64,000 nt of DNA from Eledone cirrhosa (GCA_964016885.1 OZ024743.1:115196001-115260000); one strand, 5' to 3'; shown: positions 1 to 12,570, counted from the first letter of the stretch. A program made the numbers and translations. Notes: generated by a model not told the origin, from the letters alone.

Positions 1-143
1 TCATTTCTCACTCTTAGTACGGCTGTTACTTAAATATAAGTATGTATACGTACATACATATATGTATACAGACGTACAGTAGTATGCATATATATACATA
101 CATGCACACATATATATATGTACGTATGGATTCACCGAACATT

Positions 144-202
<59 letters not shown>

Positions 203-1078
203 CACTGAATTATATATATGGCTAAGTACATAGTTCAATACTTCAGGGATTTAGCCAAAATTAAATTTCATTTAATTAACATTCTAACCCTAATGAGAAT
301 AAAACATTTAGTTTAATCAATACTTATTCCCAGAAGATGCAAAGAAGTGATCCGAAATATTTATGAACCAAAATTTAAATTGAAAAACGCAGGTTGGCTT
401 AGTGAGATGTCGATCTTTGGCAGTCACAATGGTAACTCTTGACATATTTTGCCTTTATTTTGCCTCAGGATCGAAGTGCAGTCTTTCAAAGACTCCGAGG
501 ACATTCACTGATTAGTTAAAATAAATTAATGACATTTGCGAAATTTCCAAATATGATATTCTGTCTGAAGAACATATATTTAAGTGTTGGCTAGATGGCT
601 TGATTAAATAAGGTGGGAAACCGAAAATATATTATCATTAATTGACATTTACAACATGCATGAGAAGAAGGTTTTAACATTAATGGAAATTTTATTTCAT
701 AAACGCCAAGATTAATATACAGGGCATTAACTCTAACATACCTTTCTATATAAAGTAGTTGACTTTGTACACACACACATATATATATATATATTTTCAA
801 TCACTTATATTTTTATTGTTTGACCCGAATTACTTGGTCGTTTCTTTGGCTGTGCGGATGATTTGTTTAACCACCGTCTCAGTGGATTTGGCCCTTAACG
901 TAGTTGTAGCTCTGATTCATCTGAATCATCGAGCGCTTGCCACACATCTCGTAAGTTGTTTTTCGTTAATTTCTAAGCCGAAATACGAATCTCGCTAATT
1001 TATATTTATATATACATATATATAGATTAAATATATATATACACAGACACGCAAATACACACACACACACACACACAC

Positions 1079-1109
<31 letters not shown>

Positions 1110-2051
1110 CTAGCAGCAGTACCCAGCGTTGCCTGGGTAGGTAAAATAATATCTGTTTTGATGAAAAGGTGTTGATCTTAGCGACTGCGCGTTTCTTGAA
1201 AATTGGTCGTAAGTTGTAGCAAATGGCGAAATGTTGAGTGACATCGTATGGAATATGTAGGAGGTGGAAAAAATCGTATTTTGAAGAGTTAAACGGCTGC
1301 CACACCGTCCCTGAACAGAAAAATGCAAAGTATAAAGCTACTATAAAATGTGCAATGATAGGTTCTATCGTAGTATAGAAGTTAAACGAAATAAATTGAT
1401 TTATGTGTGAGGTGGAGCTGAAGTTACGAATTTGAACGAAATCGCTTGAAAAATGTGGGAGCTAGAGCCGAAAAGGCGGAAATTTGAGCGAAAAGGTGGT
1501 ATTTTCGAATATTTAAGCGGCTGCCACGCCGTTCCTGAACAAAAAATCCAGAATGTAAAGCCACTTTAAGACGTGAAATAATCAGATCTAGCGTAGTGTA
1601 AAATTTGAACAAAGTAGGTTGATTAATATGGGAGCTAGAGACGAAAAAGTGGAAATTTGAGTCTAAAAGTGGTATTTTTGAATATTTAAGCGGCTGCCAC
1701 GTCGTCCCTGAACAACAAATGCAAAACATAAAGCCATTACAGGATGTGCAATGATAAATTCTATTTTGCTTTAAAATTTGAACGAAATCGGTGGCAAAAT
1801 GTGGGAGCTAGTGCCAAAAATCTTATTTTTCGATACCTAAAAAAAGGTGACCACCCCTATCGATTTTTATCTGCAGAATGGCTCCAGAATAAAAAAAAAA
1901 CGATACGCTGATATATATATAAAAACACTCCCCGATGACTAATCTATGAGCCTGTAATGGTTCATGAAAATCAGTCGTAGGATGTAGGCCCCTATAGGTA
2001 ATACACAGACACACAGACACGCACACATACATAATTTTATATATATACAGA
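1110..2051 (-). mobile_element. Non-autonomous Helitron with internal ~170-220 bp tandem subrepeats
   Basis: On the minus strand it starts A^TCTGTATATATATAAAATT (2051) and ends CTAG^T (1110-1113). A subterminal hairpin ACCCAG-CGTTGC-CTGGGT lies at 1121-1138, and the insertion site is A^T. The motif CGGCTGCCAC..CGT.CCTGAACA repeats at about 1294, 1518 and 1691. Confidence 0.75.
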
Positions 2052-2179
2052 TATGCATATACATATATATATATATATATATATATGGGTATGTGTGTGT
2101 GCGTGTGTGTGTGTGCGTGTGAGTGTGTATGTTTCTCGATGTCGTTGTATGTACACGTGTGAATGGGTGTGTTTGTGCG

Positions 2180-2440
2180 TGTTTTCGATTTTGCTTATGA
2201 ATTACATTAGTTTAGTTCTCTCCGGTTTGTGTTCTTGGGGAATACACGTATTTGACGTTCTTTCAATCCACTCAACTGGCAAAAAGGAGCTTTATTTCAA
2301 GGGATCAGCTTACTCACACATTGCCAGGGTAACGACGGTAATGGTGCTTGTCGCTGTGGGCTGCTTAGCCACTTAAAATTTTGTTATACGAGCAAGCAGT
2401 TCCGTTGATTCAACTGGCCTATTCTTCTTCGGAAATAACG
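2180..2440 (+). mobile_element. Decayed tRNA-derived SINE (family 2)
   Basis: Shares TCCACTCAACTGGC..AAGCAGTTCCGTTGATTCAACTGG with the minus-strand copy at 14255-14555. Confidence 0.5.
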
Positions 2441-2470
2441 GAGATAAAAAAATAACAACACCCACACGCG

Positions 2471-2549
<79 letters not shown>

Positions 2550-2579
2550 ACACCCACACACACACCCGCCCCACCCACA

Positions 2580-2689
<110 letters not shown>

Positions 2690-3622
2690 GAGAGCGAGAT
2701 GGGGGAATGAATGCACGTTCTCAGAATATAATATGCTATTTTAAAGCCTTTTAAAACATTAATTTTAAAGAATTCCAGGTGTATAGTAAAATAGAGTCTC
2801 ATGTATACTTTCATATACGCTTCTATTATGAATTCCGCCGTGCTAGTGCTTTGTGTTTGACTTCGAATGTTTACTTGAAACATGCTTCTCGAAACATATT
2901 TGTATGTAATATATACCCATCTCTATACATATATATCCCAAATATATATATACATCTACAATACTAACGGATATATTTACGAAATAACTTTACACTGAAA
3001 TGGCATTACGATATAAATAATGTATGCTCCAACATATGTCGAATAACATTTATTCACAATAGATGATGTTATTTCTAAACTGAATGTTTATACATTTTAT
3101 TGTTCATTCCTTGTCACCTTTTTCTACCTTCATAAAGAATAATTGTAATTTCACACATTTTCTTTCCAACTGTCTCCTAATTCAGAAATAATCTAATGTT
3201 CGTATTATTCTCTTTGTTACCGCTGTAAATATATTTTAGAAATATAGTAGTTTTTTATGGTTACTGTGATTTAGAAGAGCCTAACCTATTTTATATTTCG
3301 TTTTATTCTCCTCTCAACTCGCGTCGTAAACTTTTTTAATCAACAGTAACACTATGAAAGTCATCGGTGTTTCGATACAATTTGTTATTAAGTTCCTGTC
3401 GTATCCTACAGCTGTAAACATCAGCTGTACCCTTGTGAAATTAATGGTTGCTTTGTTAACATTCATAAGGTTGTTTAATATTTTATTTTATTTTATGAGT
3501 GTTTTGGTGAGATAGAAAGCAAATAATTCCTCTTTTATGTTACGTGTTAAAGAACTTGAACATCGAAACAAACATATAGATTTAAGGTGAAATTAATGGA
3601 TGTCTTTTTAGTTAGCACCATT

Positions 3623-4030
3623 GGTGGATTGGCAGTATCGGTAGAGGGTTGGACAACATGCTTTGAGTCATAGAGTTACAGCCCTTTACGGCCTGAGTTC
3701 AAATCCCGCCGAGGTTAACTTTGCCTTTCATCCTTACCAGGTCGATAAAATAAAGCACCAGTAATGCACTGGGGTCGATTTAATCGACTTTCTCCTCGCC
3801 TTGAAATTACTGGCCTTGTGCCTATACTAGAAATCATTATTGGTGGATTGGCAGTATCGGTAGAGGGTTGGACGCCATGCTTCTCAGCATGGAGATATGG
3901 GCATTTACGATGTGAGTTCAAATTCCGCCGAGGTTAACTTTGCCTTTCATCCTTACGGGGCTGATAAAATAAAGTACCATTAATACACTGGATTCATTGG
4001 TGGCCTTGTGCCAAAAGCAGAAACATTATT
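3623..4030 (+). mobile_element. Two tandem copies of tRNA-derived SINE family 1 (Meta-domain-like body)
   Basis: Each copy (3623-3840, 3841-4030) has A box TGGCAGTATCGG, B box GAGTTCAAAT(C/T)C and body CTTTGCCTTTCATCCTTAC..G.GATAAAATAAAG.ACCA. The same unit recurs more than 10 times in the window. Confidence 0.85.
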
Positions 4031-4386
4031 GCCTAAATTGTCTCCTTCAATTAGCATAGCTTTGGTAAAGCATAGGCGAATTAAATGATGAAATAATTGA
4101 GGTTCTAGCTATTTCAAAGTGCCAAGGTTTCTTGATAAACTGTTTATAACACCACTTTCTTATTAGCATTTCAAAAGGATGTCATAATTTACCATTGTGA
4201 TGCCTGGGGTGTCTGACTGTTCTTGATTAGTCATATATGGTTGTCCTGATATTGGAACGCTTCCTTTCATTTATTTTCTATACCTCTGTATTTCATGTTT
4301 GTTTTTTCATACTTAATTCTGTCAAAAACCTCTCCGTTTTCATAATTTATACTCTTATTAGTAAACCTTGTAGTTATCAAATAATG

Positions 4387-4439
<53 letters not shown>

Positions 4440-5064
4440 GAAGTTATATTCCTGAAATATAGTAGCGTCAAGAATCTGAAAATTTAGTGTCAACTTTCTA
4501 TATATCCGTAACCTAGTTCTTAATTTCAGTCGTTTTCAATTACATGACCATACATTTTGGTGTTGTTTATTCAGTGTTATTTATATTTTTCTCTGCCAAA
4601 CTGGTCTTTCTTAAACGATGATGATGATGAGCAGGTATTCATGACTGGCAAATAGTCTTATACTAATTTTTCTATCATATGTTTGAACTGTCAGCCTATC
4701 TTTTATTCAACATTTCAAGTCTTAGTTTGAATTATATTTCCACTTTCCCACTTTATTCGGAAATTACATGGTTGACATTTTGCCATACATCATAATATTT
4801 AGTATTTTGTTGACCAAAATATTTATATATTTCACTCAAATCTGCTCCCATTCAAACATGTCTATCCAATCGATTATAAGTCTCTTATAGCGTCATTCGC
4901 TTGATAATGGGTTTTTAAACCCCAAAATGTTTGGGATCGTTAAATTTGCTAAGGTAAGATTCTTTTGTTATCTTGGCAATTTAACATTATTCAATACACA
5001 TTGTATTGGTCTTCAAAATTTAAATTTGTGTTTCCTATTAAACAAGACTTCAAGCAAGCTACAC

Positions 5065-5102
<38 letters not shown>

Positions 5103-5289
5103 GATAAATCTACCAAAAGTTTACGGTAGTGTCCAATCCGTATGAAGAACTCAATGTAATCCGGATATCATGAAAAGAGAAGATGCATTCAAAAACTATG
5201 TTCGGTGAAAAATAAACGGAAAACAGAGTCAAGATAAATTTATAAAATAATGAATAAACAAAGAAACAGTTCCTTATATTAAAAAAAAT

Positions 5290-5431
5290 TCATCATTTTA
5301 CGATCGTTTCTAGGATATATATGTGTTAGAGTTGGTATGCATATTCTATAGATCTATGTACAATATTTATACAAACTATCAGAAGGAATATACATACCTA
5401 CACATATATATGCTGTCTTCAGAAATAATGA
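5290..5431 (-). ncRNA. Type I hammerhead ribozyme motif in pLTR (left arm)
   Basis: Reverse complement of the motif at 10902-11043. Confidence 0.75.
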
Positions 5432-6078
5432 TATTTGTTTATTGAAAAAAACAAAGTTTCAATACAATAGGTCTGTTTGGGAACAGGTTTTGAATTGACC
5501 AATAGAGAGATAGTGAGGGTCAGGATAGTAATATAGTAGTAGAAGAACCTTAAATTATGAATGAAGGATTATTTTAGGGAAGAAATAGGTCTTATCCTCA
5601 CCTCAGAAATAATTTTATTTGTTCATTGAATAAAACCAACAAAGATCTAATATATTCTGTCTGTTTGGTAAGAGGTTTAGAATTAACCAATAGAAAGTTA
5701 ATAATTGGCCAAATGGTAAAATAGTAGTAATTGAAGCTTATTTTAGGGGTGAAAATAGGTCAGGTGGTCAATAAAAGGTATACAAGCAGTTGCTGTTATA
5801 AAATAGTAATGCCAGTACAAATATCTAAGGTGACTAAAGTTTTAAGATAAGAATGTTAGTGAAAAAAATACATCTATGAAAAGAATATAAATTAATTTAA
5901 TTGATGGGTATATTTATATTGATAAAATTATACTAATACATATAGATATGATAAATAAGAGTTAGATGCAGTTGAAAAGTGCTGTTAAAGATGAGGGGAA
6001 ATTAAAAGAATATAAAAATAATATATATATATATATATATACTTATACATATATATATATATACATATATATACACAT

Positions 6079-6130
<52 letters not shown>

Positions 6131-6665
6131 ATATATATGCACTTATATATATATATATATATACATATATACACATACACACACACACATATATATATAT
6201 ATACATACATACATACACACATATATATATATATATATATACATAGATATATACATGCATACATACATACATACACATATATATGGACACACATATACAC
6301 TTATATATACATATAATTATTGGGGGGGGGGATTAAATTTATTAGTGAGAAATAGTAAATATATATAGTTTTCAAGGAACATAGAGTCATAATCTGAAGT
6401 TAAAGCATTATATATGTTTACTTCATGGTATCAGTTTTAGGAAATGATATTTGTAAGAAGGAAAGCAAAATTATGTAGTTCATCAGTAGTAGAATATTAA
6501 TTATAGGTTAACTAAATTAAAAATAGTATTATATTAATTTCTAAAGTGTATATTAATTAGGTTTATAATTTTTAAAGCAGAATTATGTAGTTCATCAGTA
6601 GTAGAATATTAATTATAGGTTAACTAAATTAAAAATAAATTATAAATTAATTTCTAAAGTGTATA

Positions 6666-7157
6666 TTAATTAGGTTTATAATATTTAAAGGTTTTTCTCA
6701 GTTTATGATTACACGATATTATTAATTCCTGTCGCTTATTTAATAGGATATCCTTAGATTTCATTATTTCAAAAAGTTCTTGGGAACATAATCTACATTC
6801 ATTTCTACTATTTTGATAAGGGGTGGCCCTTTTGAGCACACTCCAGGTCAGGTCATATTCTATATTCCTCTTTCTATAACTATTTATTATTTCAGCTAGA
6901 TACGTTGTATTAGCTAGTGCGGCATTTTTAAAACTATGTTTGTGGGTATTAAATCTTACCTTAAATTTGTTAGAGGTAGCTCCTATATATGAATAAATTG
7001 AGTCCTTAGTGTTAACTTTACATTTATATACTATGTTATTAACAAGGCAATTTCCTTTTAATGGACAGTTTGCCTTGTTTCTACAGTTACAACTTTTCGT
7101 GAATCCTGTATCTGAGGAGATATTATGGTTAGTTTGATGTACTGGTGGTATACTCAT
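6666..7157 (-). CDS. PLE GIY-YIG endonuclease domain, separated from RT by a 1-bp frameshift (~7300) and a stop (~7165)
   Basis: Motifs CNCRNKANCPLKGNC, IVYKC..YIGAT...KVRFNTH, CRLC..E and LLNKRQELIISCNH. Confidence 0.85.
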   Translation of the reverse strand: MSIPPVHQTNHNISSDTGFTKSCNCRNKANCPLKGNCLVNNIVYKCKVNTKDSIYSYIGATSNKFKVRFNTHKHSFKNAALANTTYLAEIINSYRKRNIEYDLTWSVLKRATPYQNSRNECRLCSQELFEIMKSKDILLNKRQELIISCNHKLRKTFKYYKPN

Positions 7158-7296
7158 GTTTTGTTAACATTTATATGCATTATAGGCACTTATATTTTGT
7201 TTTATGTTTTTGGTTGTTGAGTAGGAGAATTTAACCGTTGATCTATTTAAGATTTGATGGTATTTGTGGTTTGGCGGGAAGTTTTTCTCTAGGATA

Positions 7297-9036
7297 TTAA
7301 AGAATTTGTTTAGGTGTATTATCCTTAATTTGTAAATTAAATGGAGCATTATACCAAGTAACTCGTCTATTACGGTTTCGATGTTGTTTATTGTTTTTAT
7401 AGGATGCATCCTGATGTTTACTAGGAGGATTATTGTTAATGACCTCTCCACACACATTTTTAGTTAGATTTATTGATTTAGGTGTTTTAGCTTGTTTATT
7501 AGGAGTTTTATTATTAATATTTATTAGAGTTGTAGGATGAGTAGTTTTTTGAGAGTTACTATACTGTATATTAGAAGAGTTAGAGAAATTTGGTTTTATG
7601 TTGGTGTTTTGGGGTATAGTGTGAGTGGCATTTAGGTGTGTATGTTTCATTTGGTGTTTGTTGGTAATATTAGGTTGTATGTTTGTAGTGTTATTGGTAG
7701 AAGGTATATATACTAATCTATTTTTGTGGCCACTTCTAGCTAGAGCTTCGTTATAAAAGGTCGCATTTTTATCAAATACATCTTGGTTAGACGAAAGGTT
7801 AGAAATTCTAAGTGATATATTATATGCAAGGTTTTTAAGGATAGATTTAGGGTGATTAGATTGTGAGTGTATGTAGTGTAAATTTTGGTTGGGTTTATGG
7901 TAAGGTTGGTAGATACCTGTAGATAAGTCTAATGTTATATCTAGGAAATTAACTACTTTACTTGTGTTTTCAAAAGTAATATCTAGACTATAATAGTCTT
8001 TGAGGAAAGTTCTAATAAGCTTTTTATTTTTTTCTATCTCTGAGAGACTAAAGTTATTGGAAAGAAGAAGACAGTCGTCACGATATAAACCACCTTTAAG
8101 GTGGGGAAAAGAAGCATTTATGTTAAAAAGAAGAAAGAGGCCCACAAGATCAGTGATTTGGGCAGAATCGCTTGAGCCCATAGTAATATCGAATAGATTA
8201 CTATATGTGTTTCTGGTCCAGTATTCATTCTGAAATTCCAATAGTGTTAGTCTAGCATGTGTAATAATATTAATGTCATCCAAAGTTAAGTTAGATCTAT
8301 TTTTAGCAAATATCAAGGCTTTGTTCAGGAGTATAGGTGATATAGAAGAATAATAATTATCTATATCAAATTGTAGAAATGAAGCAGAGGATTTATTTCT
8401 AATATTATTAAACCAGTTAATTACCTGGGATGTGTTTTCCCAGAGTGGTAAATTAACATGTTTTCTTAGTTGTGGGATGACTCTATCTAAAATTTTTTTA
8501 CTAATTATTCCAATATCAGATTTGGAAGGGCATATAAGCCTTATAGAAGGATTAGAGTTAAAGTTAGATTTATGATCTTTCAGGTTGAAGTGTGGTCTTT
8601 TCAATGCCAAAGGTTCAGTTCTATCTTCAATATTAAGTCTATTCACTATGCTGTGTGTTTTGTTGTTGATGTTGGTAAGTGACGCATTATTTGTTTTTCT
8701 ATAATTTTTCCTGAGTTCTTTATATATGAACTCATTGTAATTTTCAATATCCATGTGATATAGATTTCCAGTTTTGTCCGAGTGGACATGGATTTTTTTA
8801 GATTTTTTTAGGTCCAATAGGGTAGAATCAAGGTCCTTTTGAAAATTTGATTTATACCTCTTAAATTTGAGGTGTTTGATTAAATTAGAAAGGTCTTTCT
8901 CAAAAAACAATAAACAACATCGAAACCGTAATAGACGAGTTACTTGGTATAATGCTCCATTTAATTTACAAATTAAGGATAAGATACCTAAAAAATTCTT
9001 TAATATCCTAGAGAAAAACTTCCCGCCAAACCACAA
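7297..9036 (-). CDS. PLE reverse transcriptase (5'-truncated; true RT sequence begins at ~8902, the upstream codons are antisense read-through of the inverted arm)
   Basis: Motifs SDKTGNLY, LKDHK, IRLICPSKSDIG, FDIDNYYSSI, ITMGSSDSAQITDLVGL, LYRDDCL, FLDITL and YHKPN..LHYIHSQSNHP. Confidence 0.9.
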   Translation of the reverse strand: MWFGGKFFSRILKNFLGILSLICKLNGALYQVTRLLRFRCCLLFFEKDLSNLIKHLKFKRYKSNFQKDLDSTLLDLKKSKKIHVHSDKTGNLYHMDIENYNEFIYKELRKNYRKTNNASLTNINNKTHSIVNRLNIEDRTEPLALKRPHFNLKDHKSNFNSNPSIRLICPSKSDIGIISKKILDRVIPQLRKHVNLPLWENTSQVINWFNNIRNKSSASFLQFDIDNYYSSISPILLNKALIFAKNRSNLTLDDINIITHARLTLLEFQNEYWTRNTYSNLFDITMGSSDSAQITDLVGLFLLFNINASFPHLKGGLYRDDCLLLSNNFSLSEIEKNKKLIRTFLKDYYSLDITFENTSKVVNFLDITLDLSTGIYQPYHKPNQNLHYIHSQSNHPKSILKNLAYNISLRISNLSSNQDVFDKNATFYNEALARSGHKNRLVYIPSTNNTTNIQPNITNKHQMKHTHLNATHTIPQNTNIKPNFSNSSNIQYSNSQKTTHPTTLININNKTPNKQAKTPKSINLTKNVCGEVINNNPPSKHQDASYKNNKQHRNRNRRVTWYNAPFNLQIKDNTPKQIL

Positions 9037-9634
9037 ATACCATCAAATCTTAAATAGATCAACGGTTAAATTCTCCTACTCAACAACCAAAAACATAAAA
9101 CAAAATATAAGTGCCTATAATGCATATAAATATAAAAAAACCATGAGTATACCACCAGTACATCAAACTAACCATAATATCTCCTCAGATACAGGATTCA
9201 CGAAAAGTTGTAACTGTAGAAACAAGGCAAACTGTCCATTAAAAGGAAATTGCCTTGTTAATAACATAGTATATAAATGTAAAGTTAACACTAAGGACTC
9301 AATTTATTCATATATAGGAGCTACCTCTAACAAATTTAAGGTAAGATTTAATACCCACAAACATAGTTTTAAAAATGCCGCACTAGCTAATACAACATCC
9401 GTAGCTGAAATAATAAATAGTCATAGAAAGAGGAATATAGAATATGACCTGACCTGGAGTGTGCTCAAGAGGGCCACCCCTTATCAAAATAGTAGAACTG
9501 AATGTAGATTATGTTCCGAAGAACTTTTTGAAATAATGAAATCTAAGGATATCCTATTAAATAAGCGACAGGAATTAATAATATCGTGTAATCATAAACT
9601 GAGAAAAACCTTTAAATATTATAAACCTAATTAA
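8867..9634 (+). CDS. Inverted copy of the PLE thumb/linker + GIY-YIG endonuclease, open from 8903 to the stop
   Basis: RRVTWYNAPF...CNCRNKANC...YIGAT...CRLC...CNH. Uninterrupted, unlike the left-arm copy. Confidence 0.85.
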   Translation: MRCLIKLERSFSKNNKQHRNRNRRVTWYNAPFNLQIKDKIPKKFFNILEKNFPPNHKYHQILNRSTVKFSYSTTKNIKQNISAYNAYKYKKTMSIPPVHQTNHNISSDTGFTKSCNCRNKANCPLKGNCLVNNIVYKCKVNTKDSIYSYIGATSNKFKVRFNTHKHSFKNAALANTTSVAEIINSHRKRNIEYDLTWSVLKRATPYQNSRTECRLCSEELFEIMKSKDILLNKRQELIISCNHKLRKTFKYYKPN

Positions 9635-10055
9635 TATACACTTTAAAAATTAATTTATAATTTATTTTTAATTTAGTTAACCTATAATTAATATTCTACT
9701 ACTGATGAACTACATAATTCTGCTTTAAAAATTATAAACCTAATTAATATACACTTTAGAAATTAATATAATACTATTTTTAAATTAGTTAACCTATAAT
9801 TAATATTCTACTACTGATGAACTACATAATTTTGCTTTCCTTCTTACAAATATAATTTCCTAAAACTGATACCATTAAGTAAAGATATATTACGCTTTAA
9901 CTTCAGGTTATGACTCTATGTTCCTTGAAAACTATATATATTTACTATTTCTCACTAATAAATTTAATCCCCCCCCCCCAATAATTATATGTATATATAA
10001 GTGTATATGTGTGTCTATATATATGTGTATGTATGTATGTATGCATGTATATATC

Positions 10056-10108
<53 letters not shown>

Positions 10109-10126
10109 ATGTGTATATATGTATAT

Positions 10127-10159
<33 letters not shown>

Positions 10160-10160
10160 A

Positions 10161-10246
<86 letters not shown>

Positions 10247-10901
10247 GTGTGTATGTGTATATATATGTATATATATATATATATGTATAAGTATATATAT
10301 ATATATATATATTATTTTTATATTCTTTTAATTTCCCCTCATCTTTAACAGCACTTTTCAACTGCATCTAACTCTTATTTATCATATCTATATGTATTAG
10401 TATAATTTTATCAATATAAATATACCCATCAATTAAATTAATTTACATTCTTTTCATAGATGTATTTTTTTCACTAACATTCTTATCTTAAAACTTTAGT
10501 CACCTTAGATATTTGTACTGGCATTACTATTTTATAACAGCAACTGTTTGTATACCTTTTATTGACCACCTGACCTATTTTCACCCCTAAAATAAGCTTC
10601 AATTACTACTATTTTACCATTTGGCCAATTATTAACTTTCTATTGGTTAATTCTAAACCTCTTACCAAACAGACAGAATATATTAGATCTTTGTTGGTTT
10701 TATTCAATGAACAAATAAAATTATTTCTGAGGTGAGGATAAGACCTATTTCTTCCCTAAAATAATCCTTCATTCATAATTTAAGGTTCTTCTACTACTAT
10801 ATTACTATCCTGACCCTCACTATCTCTCTATTGGTCAATTCAAAACCTGTTCCCAAACAGACCTATTGTATTGAAACTTTGTTTTTTTCAATAAACAAAT
10901 A

Positions 10902-11043
10902 TCATTATTTCTGAAGACAGCATATATATGTGTAGGTATGTATATTCCTTCTGATAGTTTGTATAAATATTGTACATAGATCTATAGAATATGCATACCA
11001 ACTCTAACACATATATATCCTAGAAACGATCGTAAAATGATGA
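10902..11043 (+). ncRNA. Type I hammerhead ribozyme motif with a 105-nt stem II domain
   Basis: Stem I TCATTATTT/AAATGATGA (9 bp, one G-U). Core CTGAAGA at 10911-10917 and GAAAC at 11023-11027. Palindromic stem III ACGATCGT. GTA triplet, predicted cut after 11034. Confidence 0.75.
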
Positions 11044-11093
11044 ATTTTTTTTAATATAAGGAACCCTTTCTTTGTTTATTCATTATTTTATTA

Positions 11094-11170
<77 letters not shown>

Positions 11171-11255
11171 GTTAACAATGCTGTTCTTTCGATTAAAACC
11201 AACTTTAAGTAAACTGATCTATGATGAAAGGTATTCTAGTGGGATCATCACATTG

Positions 11256-11256
11256 T

Positions 11257-11311
<55 letters not shown>

Positions 11312-11378
11312 TCTTTTTCTTCTTCTTCTTCTTCTTCTTCTTCTTCTTCTTCTTCTTCTTCTTCTTCGTCTTCTTCTA
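11256..11378. repeat. Compound (TAC)n(TTC)n microsatellite
   Basis: Directly visible. It explains the poly-Leu ORF 11169-11423. Confidence 0.95.
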
Positions 11379-12169
11379 TCTGTCATAAATATATCTAGAA
11401 CTGTATCATCTAACGTTTCTTAATGGTTTGTGTGTGATTAGGGAGGTGGATTGGTAGTATAGTTGGACATTTGGACAACATCCTTAAATCACATTCGTTA
11501 AATTTGAATTTCATTCTTTTCAGGCTGATAAATAAAGTACCAGTCCAAACCTGTATATATGTTAATTCCTCCTCTATATCTCTTTCTCGCTACACCTCTT
11601 TCTCCTTCACCAGAAGGTTTAAAATGCTCAAGAAGCGGTTTATCACGGGATATAATCCATATATACAGTCTTAACCTGATTACGTAAGAGCCTTTCCTTA
11701 AATGTAAGAATAGATTCGTTATTTTCTGTTACGATATTTTAAAGATTTAAGGGTTGATGCACTAACAAATTATATTGTTACATTATTCTGTGATCTGAGT
11801 TCAAATCCTGCCGAATCTGGATTGGCTGTTATCTTCCTGAAAGGGATAAGATAAATGTCATTCAAAACTGCCGTCATTTCAATCGAGTATAACCTTTCTA
11901 AATTCTCCTTGTTAAAAATCAATATGTTTCAGTTTCTTATTGTTCCATTGTCATCATATCTTCATTTGTTAATCATGTCTTCATTTTCCCACGTTTCTTC
12001 ATTTTTCGTGAAAGACTCCCGCACTCCTACCATTCCCCATTGTATTGAGTTAGTTACACATCTCAAATTCATCCACGTATGCCCTACTCTATTAGAACTG
12101 AGATATCTACTAAGAAGAAATTGACATCTCAAGTGTCTGAATTAGATGATGCTAATATAGAAGACATCT

Positions 12170-12570
12170 CTCTTGAGACGCTAAACTCTGCCAGTTTCAG
12201 ACTGCGCATTAACATGTGATATCTCTCTCCACAAAGTTCGATCATCAGCAGCAGAGTTCAAAGAACAAAGATCAAGTCCAGTCCATAAATTGACATTGTC
12301 AAGCCATCGTTTTGGTTGCCGCCTTTTACTTCTCTTACCAGCCAACCTTCCTTCCAGGCATAACCAACTCACACCACGAGTTGATATTTTTATATGGCCA
12401 CATAATTTGAGTTCTCTTGACATGACAATTGATGTAATTGGTCTAAGTTTGGTAATGTTGAGCAGCTCACTGATACAGATAAGTCTCATAATGTTGTTCT
12501 GGAATGTAGAGAGATTCGGAAGTGACCTTGTCGTCCAATTAACACAGTCAAGACATGATAGAGTGCAAAA
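12170..12570 (-). mobile_element. 3' end of an RTE-like LINE
   Basis: LKLCGHI...LEGRLAGKRSKRRQPKRWLDNV..WTG...ADDRTLWR is the typical RTE-clade C-terminus. Confidence 0.7.

Larger units (their letters stand above)
5100..11099 (-). mobile_element. Penelope-like retroelement (RT + C-terminal GIY-YIG, probably Hydra-type), 5'-truncated, with a 2.2-kb inverted 3' duplication
   Basis: Near-identical inverted arms at ~5234-7398 and 8903-11099 flank a unique RT segment at 7399-8902. (TA)n lies on both sides (5072-5099, 11099-11168). Each arm has an HHR. Confidence 0.92.

Noticed and set aside
9618-9835. ~112-bp tandem duplication containing CTGATGA (mirrored at 6468-6680)
   Set aside because: There is no properly placed GAAA, stem II or stem III. 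It is an ordinary internal duplication of the element's 3' UTR.
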